From the NCBI RefSeq assembly GCF_009914755.1, contig NC_060928.1: a DNA stretch of 64,000 nt. One strand, 5' to 3'. Positions 51,236 through 64,000 of the stretch are shown here, one piece after another. Made by a program: the position numbers and the translations under genes. The notes under the pieces were generated by a model. The model was given only the letters and a program-made list of their open reading frames with translations, had not been told where the DNA came from and ran no database searches. Origin of the DNA: the human T2T-CHM13v2.0 reference genome, Homo sapiens. How positions within the stretch are numbered: position 1 is the stretch's first letter; each line of letters opens with the position of its first letter.

Positions 51236-51520
51236 GGCCGGACGTGGTGGCTCACATACTTTGGGAGGTTGGGGCGGGCGGATCACCTGAGGTCAGGAGT
51301 TCGAGACCAGCCTGGCCAACGTGGCGAAACCCTGTCTCTACTAAAAATATACAAATTGGCCAGGCGTGGCGGTGCATGCCTGTAATCCCAGCTACTCAGG
51401 AGGCTGAGGCGAGAATTGCTTGAACTTGGGAGGTGGAGGTTGTGGTGAGCTGAAATTACACCACTGCACTCCAGCCTAGGCGACAGAGTAAGACTCCTCT
51501 GTCTGAAGAAAAAAAAAAAA
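51236..51520 (+). mobile_element. AluS in the APBB2 distal 3' UTR
   Basis: Dimer; TSD AAAAGCAATATGA. Confidence 0.9.
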
Positions 51521-52022
51521 GCAATATGAGGGAATTCTAATGAAGGAGAATATTGATTCCACTGACATGTTTCATTTGGCATTTTACATTCTTGGACTTC
51601 TTCTTGAGATAAAAGTGCTGCAAAATTCTAAATAATGAAATTACTAGTATTCAGATACTCCAATAGCAAACACATTTTTAATCTGAAATTATTTACCACC
51701 ATATAATGCCTGAAACCATAATGAAATTTTGTTACTGACTAGAGAGAAACCACTGTGGAAGTGCAAGATGAACAAAAAGCGGGGACATACTTTAAATTCT
51801 GTTTATCTGCCTTCCTGCGCCTAACAGTTAAGCTAAACCAGATTCAACTGATTTCTCTAGTTACCTTTCATTTTGGATTTAGTGTGTGTACACCTCTATT
51901 CTTTATTCTTTGATGTCAGGTTCTTAAAGGAAGTGATAAACTTCTTCGTGCTAAAATATCACAATCCTAGCAAGACCGCTTACAAAAGACTCGAGTTGGT
52001 GACTAAATAGGCTTCTATGTCC

Positions 52023-52042
52023 GGAAGGCCAGCTGGCCTTCC
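52023..52042. repeat. Perfect 20-bp palindrome GGAAGGCCAGCTGGCCTTCC
   Basis: Fully self-complementary with a CAGCTG core. Confidence 0.9.
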
Positions 52043-55000
52043 TGATCACCAAATAAGTACAGGGTGATTACTCAAAATTTGAAGTTACTTCCTAGTTCTT
52101 ACCAGGCAGAAATATGTAGTAACTAATCAAAGCAAAATGCTCCATTACTAAAGTGATTTCTAAGAAGTCTGAGGTAAGAATAATTTAAAAATAACTAGAG
52201 ACACCGAGTTTCTATTTCTATTCCTTGTATATGTGACTAAGATGTCAGATAAATGAGCCGAACGTTTTATGCAGCTAAATTTATTCTCACAACAAATTAC
52301 ATTTAAATGTGTAAAAGTGGTCAACAGGAAAAGGGCATAAAGGAAAACAAAGCGTTCTTTCAGGGGAAGTAAGCTGCTCTGGAGGCCAGGAACTACTGCT
52401 TGCGTTGACACGGTGTGAGTGGGTATCTTTGCCCTGAAGCTGAAGTTAAACTTTCTACTGGCCGTGTGGCACACACGTTAGATGTGTATTAGGTTAAGCC
52501 TGGCCAACTAGAGAGCGAAGGGGCTTATTAGTTAAATTGTGCTAATATCAGTTAGGAAAATGCTTGTCATGTTGTGGTGAAATCTTGAGTTTGTGTTGCA
52601 ATGCCTGGGACATGAACGGGCCATACAAACAGAGGAAAGCTCTGGGGCTTCCAGGCAATGGCCTTGTGTCGAGTCATCTTACAAGTGTCCATCTTGAAAT
52701 CATAAAGTGGATTTAAAAAGAAGTAGCAGTGCCACAGTTTATCACCAAGAACTTATTTTAATGGAAATGGGTCTAATGTCCCTTCATGCAACAAGACAGA
52801 TGAACAAAAAACAATGGTCCTAATTAGCTATGAGTGATCTTGTATCCAGGTGGAAACAAAGGGCATGTGTACATGTATATATCTCTTAGATGAAATCACA
52901 CATGTTGTGAAGGGTAGAAAAACGAAGCACCAAGCAGTGCTTTAGTCTGCAAAGGAAAGTTTTTAGCCATAGGCATGTTGGCTAGTCGTTCCCCTTGATG
53001 TTGCCAAGGAGCAGATGTATGAGGTGGCAAGTCTGTGTCTATCTAGCTGCTTTTAAAAAATAAAAGGAACTTTAAGCATTTTGCCTTTTCTTCTACATAT
53101 CCCAATAGAAATGTGACTACAAATCATTACAAAACCACTTTTTAGGCAATGTATAGTTCACTGAGATTACTTAGATCTGGATACACTGGGAGATAATATC
53201 CAGGAAAGATAATACATTAACACAATAATGCAGTATATTTCAGTAAAAATAGAATAAATAAAATAAAAATATTTTAAGCTGTATTTAACAGGTTAATTAA
53301 AAATATGGTAAGACATAGAAGGCATCGTGAACATGGCTGCCTGTTTACCGAATCACAGATCTAAAGAATGCATAGATAACTGAAGTGTCACTAAGATATC
53401 AGGTAAAACATTGGCATCCTTTTACAAACAAATACACACATACTTTCATACATACTTTTTGGCCATGGCAGAAAGTGTCTGAACATACTCTTTAACATAA
53501 TTTTACAAAATTAATTTGCATTTACTATACAATGCCATTTTCAAAACAAAACGTCTGCAAAGTTTTCAATATGTAAAGGCTATCATTCATCTTAATGCAT
53601 CCTATAATTGCACATATAAATCAGTTTGCTACTTAAAGCTAGCTCAGAATTCTTGATCTTGAAAACAAGCAAATGTATGCCTTAAAAAATGAAGAGGGAG
53701 TTCTGGTAGAGATTTCCAATATAAAAGTGGGTAATTTGTTTAGAATTTTGAAATTTATCACACTAAAATGTTTCACTACAGCGACCGAGATGAAAGATCA
53801 CTGTAAATGATTTCTGAACAGCTTTTCAAAGGGCACAGCAAGGATTTTCTTAATGCAGTAATTTCTTATGATGGCACTGGTTACTTCAGATCAGTAGTAT
53901 GTCAATTGGTGAAAAACAGACTGCGTTTCTAAAGTAGCATAGTTTTGTCATAACATTGGGGTGCTAAGACAATTCCGGTCCCCCTGTCCCCCACCCCTCA
54001 TGAATTCTGAGGGAATGGCAGGTAGAAAAGCCACCCACTCATTCCATCATGATCTCTGGTGGCTAAGTACCATGAGTTAGGAATGTCTACCACAAGTAGC
54101 ATCTGGAAAATCTCGTAGATGGAACAGGCTGTGAATGTAGAATCCTGCCCTCTACAACACTTTTGAGGCACGCTGTAGGAAAACAGTCCTGGACTTAGAT
54201 AGGGCACCATCATGAATACCACTGCGTAAGGAATTTGGACATCTTTCTCCCACTCGTGTAGGGAATTCTAAGATTCCCTGACAATAGATCTTTCCATACC
54301 TGCTCTTCTTAGTATATGCCCAGAATCATTCTGGAAAGGCTCTTCCTGACGGATATGGAGGCAGCACAACACAGCAAGAACGGGCTTTGGGAGCCGTGGG
54401 TCCTAGTCCTGGTTTTCATGAACTTTGGTGAGATCTTAGGCCAGTGGGTTTAGCCTCTCGGTACTTCATATTTTTACTTCTAAAGTGTATTTAGTACCTT
54501 CTCTACCTGGTAAGGCTCAGATGTGATAAGAATGTGGAAACCATTTTGACAAGTACATAGCAGTGTATAAACATAAAGCATTACTTTTATAATTGGATGT
54601 TGTAAATGTTAATTTTGACATTAAGAAGAAGTAAACAAGACTAATATTGAGATTGATCGCCTTAGCAACTTCCTTTTAAAACGACAATGTCAACGAGAGT
54701 CTAAATTTGTATGTCTTTCCAGCTAAGTTTCTCACCTACATACGAAGGAGCAGGAAAATGCTGTTTTGGGAAACTTGTTAAACAGTCCATTACTCCTGTG
54801 TAGACTTTGCTCAGGTATGAACATTTCAAATCTTCAAAGTAAAATGGAAAAAATATAAATTAAAAAATATATCTAGTTGAGTCCAAATTCTAATATTAAA
54901 TACATAAAATCAAGGAAAGGTTCAACCTAATGTAATTTGTTGCCATGGACAATACATGATGGACAGACAGCTTTCTGGGCAAAAAGCATCAGAGGGGGAT

Positions 55001-56047
55001 AGAGCTGGATGCAGAATTCCAGCAGAACGTTTACCTCTAGCACATGGACTAGCAAAAATCACACGGTGGTAGAAATCTAAAATAATCGTGCATGATAGAA
55101 ATATCAATGATATTTCCTCAACTTCAAATTGCATATCAGCTAATTCTCAAACTAAGGATGAAAGGCTGATGAGGAGTATTTCATCTTAATGTTTATGTAG
55201 AGAATGGCCATAGTGAACTATAATTCTCTAGCTGCACCGTACAATATAAGGCAGAAGTTTGAAATATGTCCCACCCAAAATGCATTATGATTTTATTAAT
55301 CTCTTTTAAAAATAATCAGTTTGAAAACCATCGGAAAAGAAAGGCTATGTTTTGTTCGATTTTAATTCCTCGAATTTAGTTTTTCATCAATTTTGAAGTT
55401 TCATTTTTTTCCAACATCCCACAAACAGCTGTAGACATGAAATGGTGTCCATGTGTCAAAGAGCTTGTCAGGGAAAGCTGCCAGTTGGTTTCTATACTGA
55501 TGCCAACAGCCAATTTTGTCAACCAACAGGTTCAATTTTATGAAAAATTAAAACACAAACTCGCCATCCTATTTTTACAGCAATTCAATGGTATCTGCTA
55601 TGCAGTGCCTACTCCAATGTTGAAAACAGGGCAAAGTGCTGTAGGACTTAAAGGTTGCTTGTGACAGGTCCAGCCAAGAAGACAGTGAAACTAACTCACG
55701 CATCATTCATTCCAAGGACGCAGCGTTAGTTCACTAGGAGGGGTGGGGCCACACTCTTCTCTGTGTGTGTGTGAAGTTAAGTAATGTTCACAATATTTAC
55801 AATAAGAAAAAGACCTTCCACTGCGCATGATGTAACTTACAGCAAAAAAAATTATTCATGCTTCTTTTCATATCACATGATGGTGGCAAGACGAGAGAAC
55901 ATGCTTGTCTAACACTGCTTGGTTAAGGGTAAATTCTCTGAAGACAAAGCATCAGCAACTGGATGGAAGGTCGGATGGCGGAGTTCATTTTCTTTAGTGT
56001 AGCTAGTCAATCTTCAGGTAAATAGCCGAGTCCTTTTGCATGTGCAG

Positions 56048-56215
56048 CTATGGCATTTCGGTGACAGGGCGTTTCTGTTTCAAAGTGTCAATGAGGGATA
56101 AGACCCCTCGTTTTACATTGGTTGTGACTCTTCTGGTTACTGAATCTGCTGGCGGTGGAGGTGGTCGAACTTTCTGAGAAGGCGGCCTGGCTACCAAGCA
56201 CTTCTGATATCGTAA
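56048..56215 (-). CDS. APBB2: APBB2 (FE65-like 1) last coding exon: LRYQKCLVARPPSQKVRPPPPPADSVTRRVTTNVKRGVLSLIDTLKQKRPVTEMP*
   Basis: - strand tttcag acceptor; 56 codons ending TAG; FE65-family LRYQKCL motif. Confidence 0.96.
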   Translation of the reverse strand, partial: LRYQKCLVARPPSQKVRPPPPPADSVTRRVTTNVKRGVLSLIDTLKQKRPVTEMP

Positions 56216-56599
56216 CTGAAATAAAACAAAACGTGTTTTAAGGTAATTAACAACATATTATTTCATCTTTAATATGACTTTAAGTCATGACCCATAATAC
56301 ATTGACTCCCAAAGGTTAACGACCTAGTTCCTAAACATAAATCCAAGAGTTATTTTTCTCTGAATGTGAGTGCTTTAAATTCTCCTAAAAGATTAGGCTC
56401 AACAAAGGGGTTTTGGCTTTTGCCACCCTTTCCTTCCATCCATTTCCACCCTCCACGTGTCCTCTATATTGATAGTCCGCAACGAATACACCTCACAGTC
56501 AATGAGCTAATGAAACCAGAAAGGATTGGGAGAGAGTGTGTTAATTACATTTTTCATCAGAGACATGCAAATCTAGGCAGGTGCTCATGGTACACTGAC

Positions 56600-56810
56600 A
56601 GCACAGTAGAAAGGGCATAGTTTAAGGTCTATCACTTGTGAACCCCAGACGAATTATTAAATCTCTCTGAGCCTCAGTTTCTTCAACTGTAAAATGGCTG
56701 AAGAAAGGACTATTTACAGAGGGTGTTATGATTAAGTAAGTAATACTTGTAATGCTTGTGGAATGCCTGAAATAGGCCTAGCAACACAGAAGGCATTCAG
56801 AAATGTTTGT
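56600..56810 (+). mobile_element. MIR
   Basis: Core ctctctgagcctcagtttcttcaactgtaaaatgg. Confidence 0.75.
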
Positions 56811-57081
56811 TTCCTTCCCTATTTCCTGTTTTAATTAAAAAGATGAGGTATTAAGATTTCAAGATACATGGTACATACAAGTCTAAATCTTTATGGATTA
56901 ATTTTTAAAAATCCATTAGCACTGGCACCAGGGATAATTCCTGTTCTTCAGAAATATAACAATGTAGTCCACCTGGTTTTGCATAATGGGAAGATAACTA
57001 ATTCTTTAAGATTAGATAAAAAGTTAAAATTTATCAAATTTTTTTTTTTCTAATCCAAACGTTTTAAAATACAGTTGACCT

Positions 57082-57385
57082 GGCCAGTCATGGTGTTTCA
57101 CTCCTGTAATCCTAGCACTTTGGGAGGCTGAGGGAGGCGGATCACTTGAGCCCAGGAGTTTGAAACCGGCCTGGGCAACATGGTGAAACCGTGTCTCTAC
57201 AAAAAATACAAAAATTAGCCAGGTGTGGTGGCACATGCCTGTGGTTCCAGCTACTTGGGAGGCTGAGGCGGGAGGATTGCTTCAGACTGGGAGGTCAAGG
57301 CTGCAGTGAGCTGTGAGCATGGCCACTGCACTCCAGCCTGGGCGACGGAGTGAACCCTGTCTCAAAATAAATAATGAAAAAAAAA
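57082..57385 (+). mobile_element. AluJ-like inserted at the end of a MER8
   Basis: Full dimer; TSD AAAATACAGyTGA. Confidence 0.9.
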
Positions 57386-57387
57386 TA

Positions 57388-57619
57388 CAGCTGATCTTTG
57401 AACAACAGAGTTTGAACTGTGCAGGTCCACTTATATGAGGATTTTTTTTCAACCAAACACAGATTGAAAATAGTATTCCTGGTATGCAAAACCCAATTAC
57501 TCAGAGGGCAGACTTCTCCTATGCGTGGGTTCTGCAGGACCTGAATATGTAGGATTTTGGTATACTCAGAGGTCCTAGAACACCTCCACCCCGCCCCACG
57601 TATACCAAGGAAGGACTGT
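57388..57619. mobile_element. MER8/Tigger2-family DNA transposon
   Basis: cagctgatctttgaacaac...gtttgaactgtgcaggtccacttata...ggaaggactg. Confidence 0.7.
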
Positions 57620-58849
57620 CACTCCATGGCTTTTTTAAAAAAAATCAACTTAAATATTAACAGGCTCTTTAGTAATGGAATAGGCTGATGTCCCTGTAAA
57701 AAGCAAGACCCTGGGGGAAGGATATGGTACAGTGTTCTATCATACCCCTTAGGCCACAAAACAACCCCTTTCAAATCAATCATATGAAATATGATGATTG
57801 ATTACACGTCTCCTCTGTGTAAGGTATTTTACTAGGCCCACATCACAACCCAAACCACACACATCGAAAGCACGGATTTATACATGGCAACATGGGACTC
57901 TGGACTTGGAATTTCAAATAGTAGTCACGTACATCCAGAGTGAATCAAAACCACACCTAAGTGTTGGAATTCATAAAGGATCCCTCTCTGTTCTATTCTA
58001 AATTTTGCCAAAATGTCTTCTGTTGGGCCTATACCACACAGCTGTAAAATATACCTAAAAATTAAGCAGATTCAAAAGAACGTTAGTGTCAATAGATATT
58101 CACATGGTATAAATTCACATACGGATCATTCAGAGGAGAATCATGCGGATTTGAACTAAGAAGAAAGCCCCTGAGCTAGAAACACTGGATTCAGAGCGGG
58201 CAGGAGAGAAGAATGGTTTGATTTTACTAGTATGCCTTATACTAGATTGGCTGAGCTGTGTCCACTCGTTGCAGTGATACAATTAAAATAGGAAGCAAAT
58301 GAGTAAAAGTTGTTTCCAAGAGGGAAAATGAATTGAGAATCAGAAAACCAACTGTAGCCAAAGAGATAAAACTCATTGTCGTTATCACTTAAACGTATAA
58401 TTAAGTCTGAAAGCCATTCATTTTATGACTAAAACCATCTGCTATGATCTGTTTCAATTTCATAAAATACCGAAATAGTTGTCATCCATTTTCGCTTGGC
58501 TGAAATCTCCCATTTTCTATTTTCTTCACAGATCTCCTTTATCTCATCAACTCCCTGTACCTGGTCAGTGGGTTCACCTGACTCCTCTACTGTCCCTGCT
58601 CCCCTGAACCCCAGCCCTGCTCCTGCATATTCAGGGTGTCTGAGTTAGAATCCTGGCCCTGCAGTTCTTGCAGGGAGTTAGCCACTCTCACAGAGGATGG
58701 TGTAAGTGTGACACCAGATAACAAGAGTTCAACGCCAGGCCTCCCCTTCTCCCTCCTTCCTGCTCTATTTCAAATGATAAAGGTCAAATGCCTCTTTTCT
58801 ACGCCCCACCTTTGCAATCTGCTCTCCCACCTCATCCTTTTAACATTTT

Positions 58850-59935
58850 TATTAGACATAGGGCCTTTCTATGTTGCCCAGGCTGGACTTGAACTCCTGG
58901 GCTCAAGGGGTCCTCTCATCTCAGCCTCCTGAGTAGCTGGGACTACAGGTGCAAACTTTCCCTTCATTCATAACCTCACAATGTGCTGTATGGGGTGGGG
59001 GGGCGGCGGTCAGAGAACTCCCTTTCCTTCCCCAAGCTCCACCCATTCTTGGTTCTTAGCATCTTCTGGACTATGTCAAAGTAAAAGGTCTCTCTAACTA
59101 ATTCGTAGGCTAAGTCCCTCCCCTTGGCTCTCTTTTTTTTTTTTTTCTTTTTTTTTTTTTTGAGACAGGGTCTCACTCTTTCACACAGGCTGAAGTGCAG
59201 TGGTGCAATCTCAGCTCACTGCAACCTCCACCCCCAAGTTCAAGCCATCCTCCCACCTCAGCCTCCCTGAGTAGCTGGGACTACAGGTACATGCCACCAC
59301 GCTCGGCTAATTTTTGTATTTTTTGGTAGAGATGGGTTTCACCATGTTGGCCAGGCTGGTCTCAACCTCCTGACCGCAAGTGATCCGCCCGCCTCAGCCT
59401 CCCAAAGTATTGGGATTACAGGCGTGAGCTACTGTGCCCAGCCTCCTCCACTCTTTATCTACCTCCATTTTCCACAAAAGAAAACCTAGCTGGGCATGGT
59501 GGTGCTCCCCTGCCGTTCCAGGGAGGAGTTCAAGACCAACCTGGGGAATATAGCAAGATCCCATCTCTTAAAAAAAATAAAATAAAATAAAAATAAAGAA
59601 TAAAAAAGGGGCAGGCCTCTCCTGTCCTGAAATAAACACATGAACAAACCCTCCAATGCTGCCCTTCAAGCTCCCCCTCACTGGCAAACTTTGTAAGTTA
59701 TCTGCTTTTAGGGCCTCCACTTCTTTTTCTTCCCAGTTACTTCTCAATCCAGCACAGTCTCATACTTATTTTTCTTATTTATTTTTTTGAGACAGGGTCT
59801 CGCTCTGTCACCCAGGCTGGACTACAGTGGTGCCATCGTAGCTCACTGCACCTCGACCTCCTGGGTTTGAGCCATCCTCCCACCTTAGCCTCCTCAGAAG
59901 CTGGGACTACAGGCATGTGCCACCACGCCCGGCTG
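58850..59935. mobile_element. Alu cluster: monomer 58850-58952(-), dimer 59132-59443(-), monomer 59487-59605(+), monomer 59765-59935(-)
   Basis: Alu consensus segments. Confidence 0.85.
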
Positions 59936-60340
59936 AAAGTGAAGATCCTCATACTTTTATTTACAGCACTTTCTACACTGTAACAGAGTTTAGGTTTCTG
60001 TGTCTCCCCCACTATACCTGAGCTCTACAATGCAAGGACTGTATCTCAGTCATGCTGAATGCCCCAGATTCCAGCCCGTAAGTGCGAGGCTGAATTAAAT
60101 GAAGCCCAGGGGCTTCACATGCAGCAGTTCTCCCCCAGCCAGGCAGCTCGGTGCTTCTCAAAGCCTCTGCTCCTGTTTGTTCCCAACGCTGCTCTCCTAG
60201 CGTGGACGCTCCTCCTCTCTCCCATCTGCAGAAGGTAACTGGGCTCCTGGCTGATCGCCACCTCAGCCTTGTTCCTCCAACCTATCCTCTACTTGGTTGT
60301 CTTCTTTTTTTGCTGGATACTCGTCTAAAATCTAAATACA

Positions 60341-61124
<784 letters not shown>

Positions 61125-61828
61125 AGTTCCCTCATTTTTATTAGAACTTTTGCAGTGTCTGGCATAAGAGGGGCACAAAGACACATGCTGAAGGAATAAT
61201 GAGGGATTCTTGTTTGTTTCCAAGTATCCATGTGGTATAAAGAGCTCTGACTTTGTCACCTGGCAGCTTGGGGCTGAATCCAGGCTCGGCTCTGTCACTT
61301 ACCGACAAGCCCTGAGGCCCATTCTCTAACTTCCCTAAAGTCTCTATTTTCTCATAAATAAAACAGAACTAACAACTACCTAACAGAGTTGTCGTAAGGA
61401 CTGAGTTAACAGATATAAATAAAATATATAAGAACGGTGTACAGAAACCAATCACTGGAAACAAAAGTCATTCAATGTATTGATTTTTAAAGTACTGAAT
61501 TGAACCCAAACAGTACCAACTCATACACGACCAACATTTCACACATGAAATTGATTTGGGATCAAGGATTGACCGTCGTCAAGGTGGTGGTTATGAAACT
61601 CATCGGAGCCTCTATCTGGCCCCACTTCTTTCAGGAGTTCTGGCCTTTGGAGATGTAATCTGTTTATCATAACTGATTCTGGCCCTAGGAATGACGGCGT
61701 TATAAAGTAAAGCATTACTTTAGGGATTCGACTTTTTTCATTTCCGTGAGTGATTCTGCTATAATGTATGGCATATTAGAGATGAGCAGAGGCGGGAGGG
61801 CTCAACAGCCTGTACCGGGATAACTCAC

Positions 61829-62008
61829 CATGCAGGCGGCCTGCACCGCCTCAGACACGTTACCAGCATTAGGCTCGCACCAGAAAACGTGGCACTCAAA
61901 GCGCTGGTTCCCCGTGTCCATGATGAAGGCAAATGTGTGGACGTCCTTCCCAACACCCATGAAGGACAGGAATCGCACACGACATTCCACTAAGACTTCC
62001 TCTTCATT
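61829..62008 (-). CDS. APBB2: APBB2 exon, PTB2 domain: [30 protein letters not shown]...VQAACM
   Basis: ttgcag acceptor and gtgagt donor; 180 nt; FE65 PTB2 signature ECRVRFLSF. Confidence 0.97.
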
Positions 62009-63601
62009 CTGCAAGAGACATTATGCGGCATCCAATCAGGAGATCCCAGGATCAAGCTTAAGAGTGGCAGCACATAGGAACTGGCATTCAGAAAGTATAG
62101 CCAGGCCGAATTCAGAAAGGACCTGTGTTTTTCTCGAAAGGCGGAACCTTGCCCAAATGTCTGAAGAGGCCATCACTGCATGGCTACCCTGTTCTGGAGG
62201 TCATTCTTGCTCTGAACTACACTGCTGTCATGGGGTGTGATGTGGGTCCCATTCTCCATTATGCTACGTGGCTGTGAGTTCACTGTGGGGAGGGACAGTG
62301 CCGTCCATACTTCTTACATCTAGCCCAAATACAGGACACCTGGTGGCCCAAAACCCATTTGGCCAAGTAAACCCCCAGAGCACCAGAAAAAAGGGATTCA
62401 CGGTATCTTTCTTCGTCCAGTGATTCTTACCCAAACTAAACAGCACACTGAATCACATTTCCATCTAAAACCATATAAAACAAAAAGCTGCCAAATCAAC
62501 AAAAAGTTGTCAAATTGTTTTTTTCTTTTCTCTCTTGCAAACTGGTGTCCATCTGGGATCCACATGAGGCAGCGTAAAGAAATGTTCAGAATTCTTTCTC
62601 ATAGGGATGAACACCACATCCTTTGCAAGAACCATATGCAAGTTTTGAATTAATAAACACATCCAAAATGTTGACTTTTGGATCATTAACATCTTGACTA
62701 ATTAAATATTCACTCTAGTGCCTTGGGAGTGTTTAATGAGCAAAGTACACTAGTGTGAGAGGTCGGGAAGTTTTCTCAGGAGGAAGGAGGCTGTGGTGGT
62801 GATCTGGGTAAGGGTCGGGTAGGCAGAGGGTGGAGCATGGAGGGTGCAGTGCTTGCGATGATGCTGGTGTGGGGAAGGGCGGGACCTACTTGAAGAGGTG
62901 AGGAGAGCTCAGTGTGGCCAGCTGGAGGCAGGCAGTGAGCACCCTGCTCCTCTCTCCAGGGTGAACCGGGCAGCTGTGGGGCAGGCTGATGACTGGTGGT
63001 CTTTCCCTGGCAGGTGCTTCACAGAGGCAGAATAGAAAAGTGGGCACAAGTCTGGGCCAGGTTGCCTGGATTTAAGTCCTGATTCCATTGCTTCCAACTG
63101 TGTGATGCTGGGCAAATGACTTAGCCTCTCTGTGCTTCAATTTCTTCAACCACGAAACTGAGATAATTTGGGCTGAGGCTAATGTGGCCTCTTCTCAAGA
63201 CAACCAATAGCTCCTTCTGCTACTGATAGTCACAGGACTCTCCCAAATGGAAGCATCTTCTGCTTTTCATCCCCAGATCACACAGCCCAGGCAATACTGG
63301 CGCCCTGAGAGTGAGCGACTACTAGCGTCACACACTCACCTCTAGCAAACAATTTCTCTCTGGGGCACATGAGGAAGACAGAATCAGAAGCACCAGAAGA
63401 GAAGTTTCTCAGGCCACAGGAAAACAGAGGTATGCACAGATTTAGACCCAGACAAAGGGCCAAATCTTTCAAATGTAGGCCATCTTAATCACAAGGATGC
63501 ACAACTCCGGCCTTGACTATGTTCCTAAGTTCCACAGAAAACCACTGTATCTTATACTCACTGTATAAGACACACCAATGTCATCGAAGATTCCTTCTCA
63601 C

Positions 63602-63717
63602 CTTTTCACTGATGACAGTCACAGTGGCATCAGCCACGTTCATGTTCACTGACAGCCAGTCCTCCTTGTTGGATGAGGTCATAAGATTTTCTATGGCACT
63701 GTTCAAAATATCCATTC
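63602..63717 (-). CDS. APBB2: APBB2 exon, PTB2 domain: (G)MDILNSAIENLMTSSNKEDWLSVNMNVADATVTVISEK
   Basis: ccccag acceptor and gtgaga donor; 116 nt; in phase with the next exon. Confidence 0.95.
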
Positions 63718-63877
63718 CTGGGGACAGAAAAGGATAATTTAAAGTGTCCTAAAGCCACTTCCACACTCAAATGTGGGCCCAAATCACCAATAACAGCTAC
63801 GCCCAGACTGATCTTTTTTTAATAGACAGGACACTTCATTCTCATGTTTGCTCAACAGGAATGAAATACCAGCTTCT

Positions 63878-64000
63878 GGCCGGGCGTAGTGGCTCACGCC
63901 TGTAATCTCAGCACTTTGGGAGGCTGAGCCAGGATCATTTGAGGTCAGGAGTTCGAGACCAGCCTGGCCAACACGGTGAAACCCTGTCTCTACTAAAAAT
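63878..64000 (+). mobile_element. Alu left arm, truncated by the window end
   Basis: ggccgggcgtagtggctcacgcc... Confidence 0.9.

Noticed and set aside
53998-54222. ATG-initiated 74-aa ORF on the APBB2 strand
   Set aside because: Lies in the 3' UTR, with no recognisable homology or splice context.
61830-62240. 136-aa + strand ORF
   Set aside because: Antisense shadow of the APBB2 coding exon.

Overview
Primate (almost certainly human, 4p14) genomic DNA, not prokaryotic. The + strand carries ten coding exons of the NOL1/NOP2/Sun-family gene NSUN7 (370-48890). All have GT-AG introns with compatible phases, followed by a ~1 kb 3' UTR. The - strand carries the last three coding exons of APBB2/FE65L1 (PTB2 domain and C-terminus) and an inferred ~6 kb 3' UTR. 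The two genes end tail-to-tail, with opposing poly(A) signals ~76 nt apart near 49.9-50.0 kb. Introns are packed with Alus, two L1PA3-like copies, older L1/L2/MIR, MaLR LTRs and DNA transposons. The most notable items are: (1) a full ARL4A retrocopy in an NSUN7 intron whose ORF is intact and reads through the parental stop into a new hydrophobic tail; (2) a 5'-truncated SVA ~130 bp downstream of it, giving two sense-strand intronic AATAAA signals; (3) two L1 copies 38.7 kb apart that share an ORF2 nonsense change, suggesting gene conversion or local copying; (4) the Asp-to-Leu change in NSUN7 motif IV; (5) a candidate 20-nt poison microexon and an in-frame alternative acceptor in NSUN7; (6) several perfect palindromes. 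I found no CRISPR array, RNA gene or wholly novel multi-gene system. Repeat subfamily calls, exon numbering and reference comparisons are from memory and approximate.
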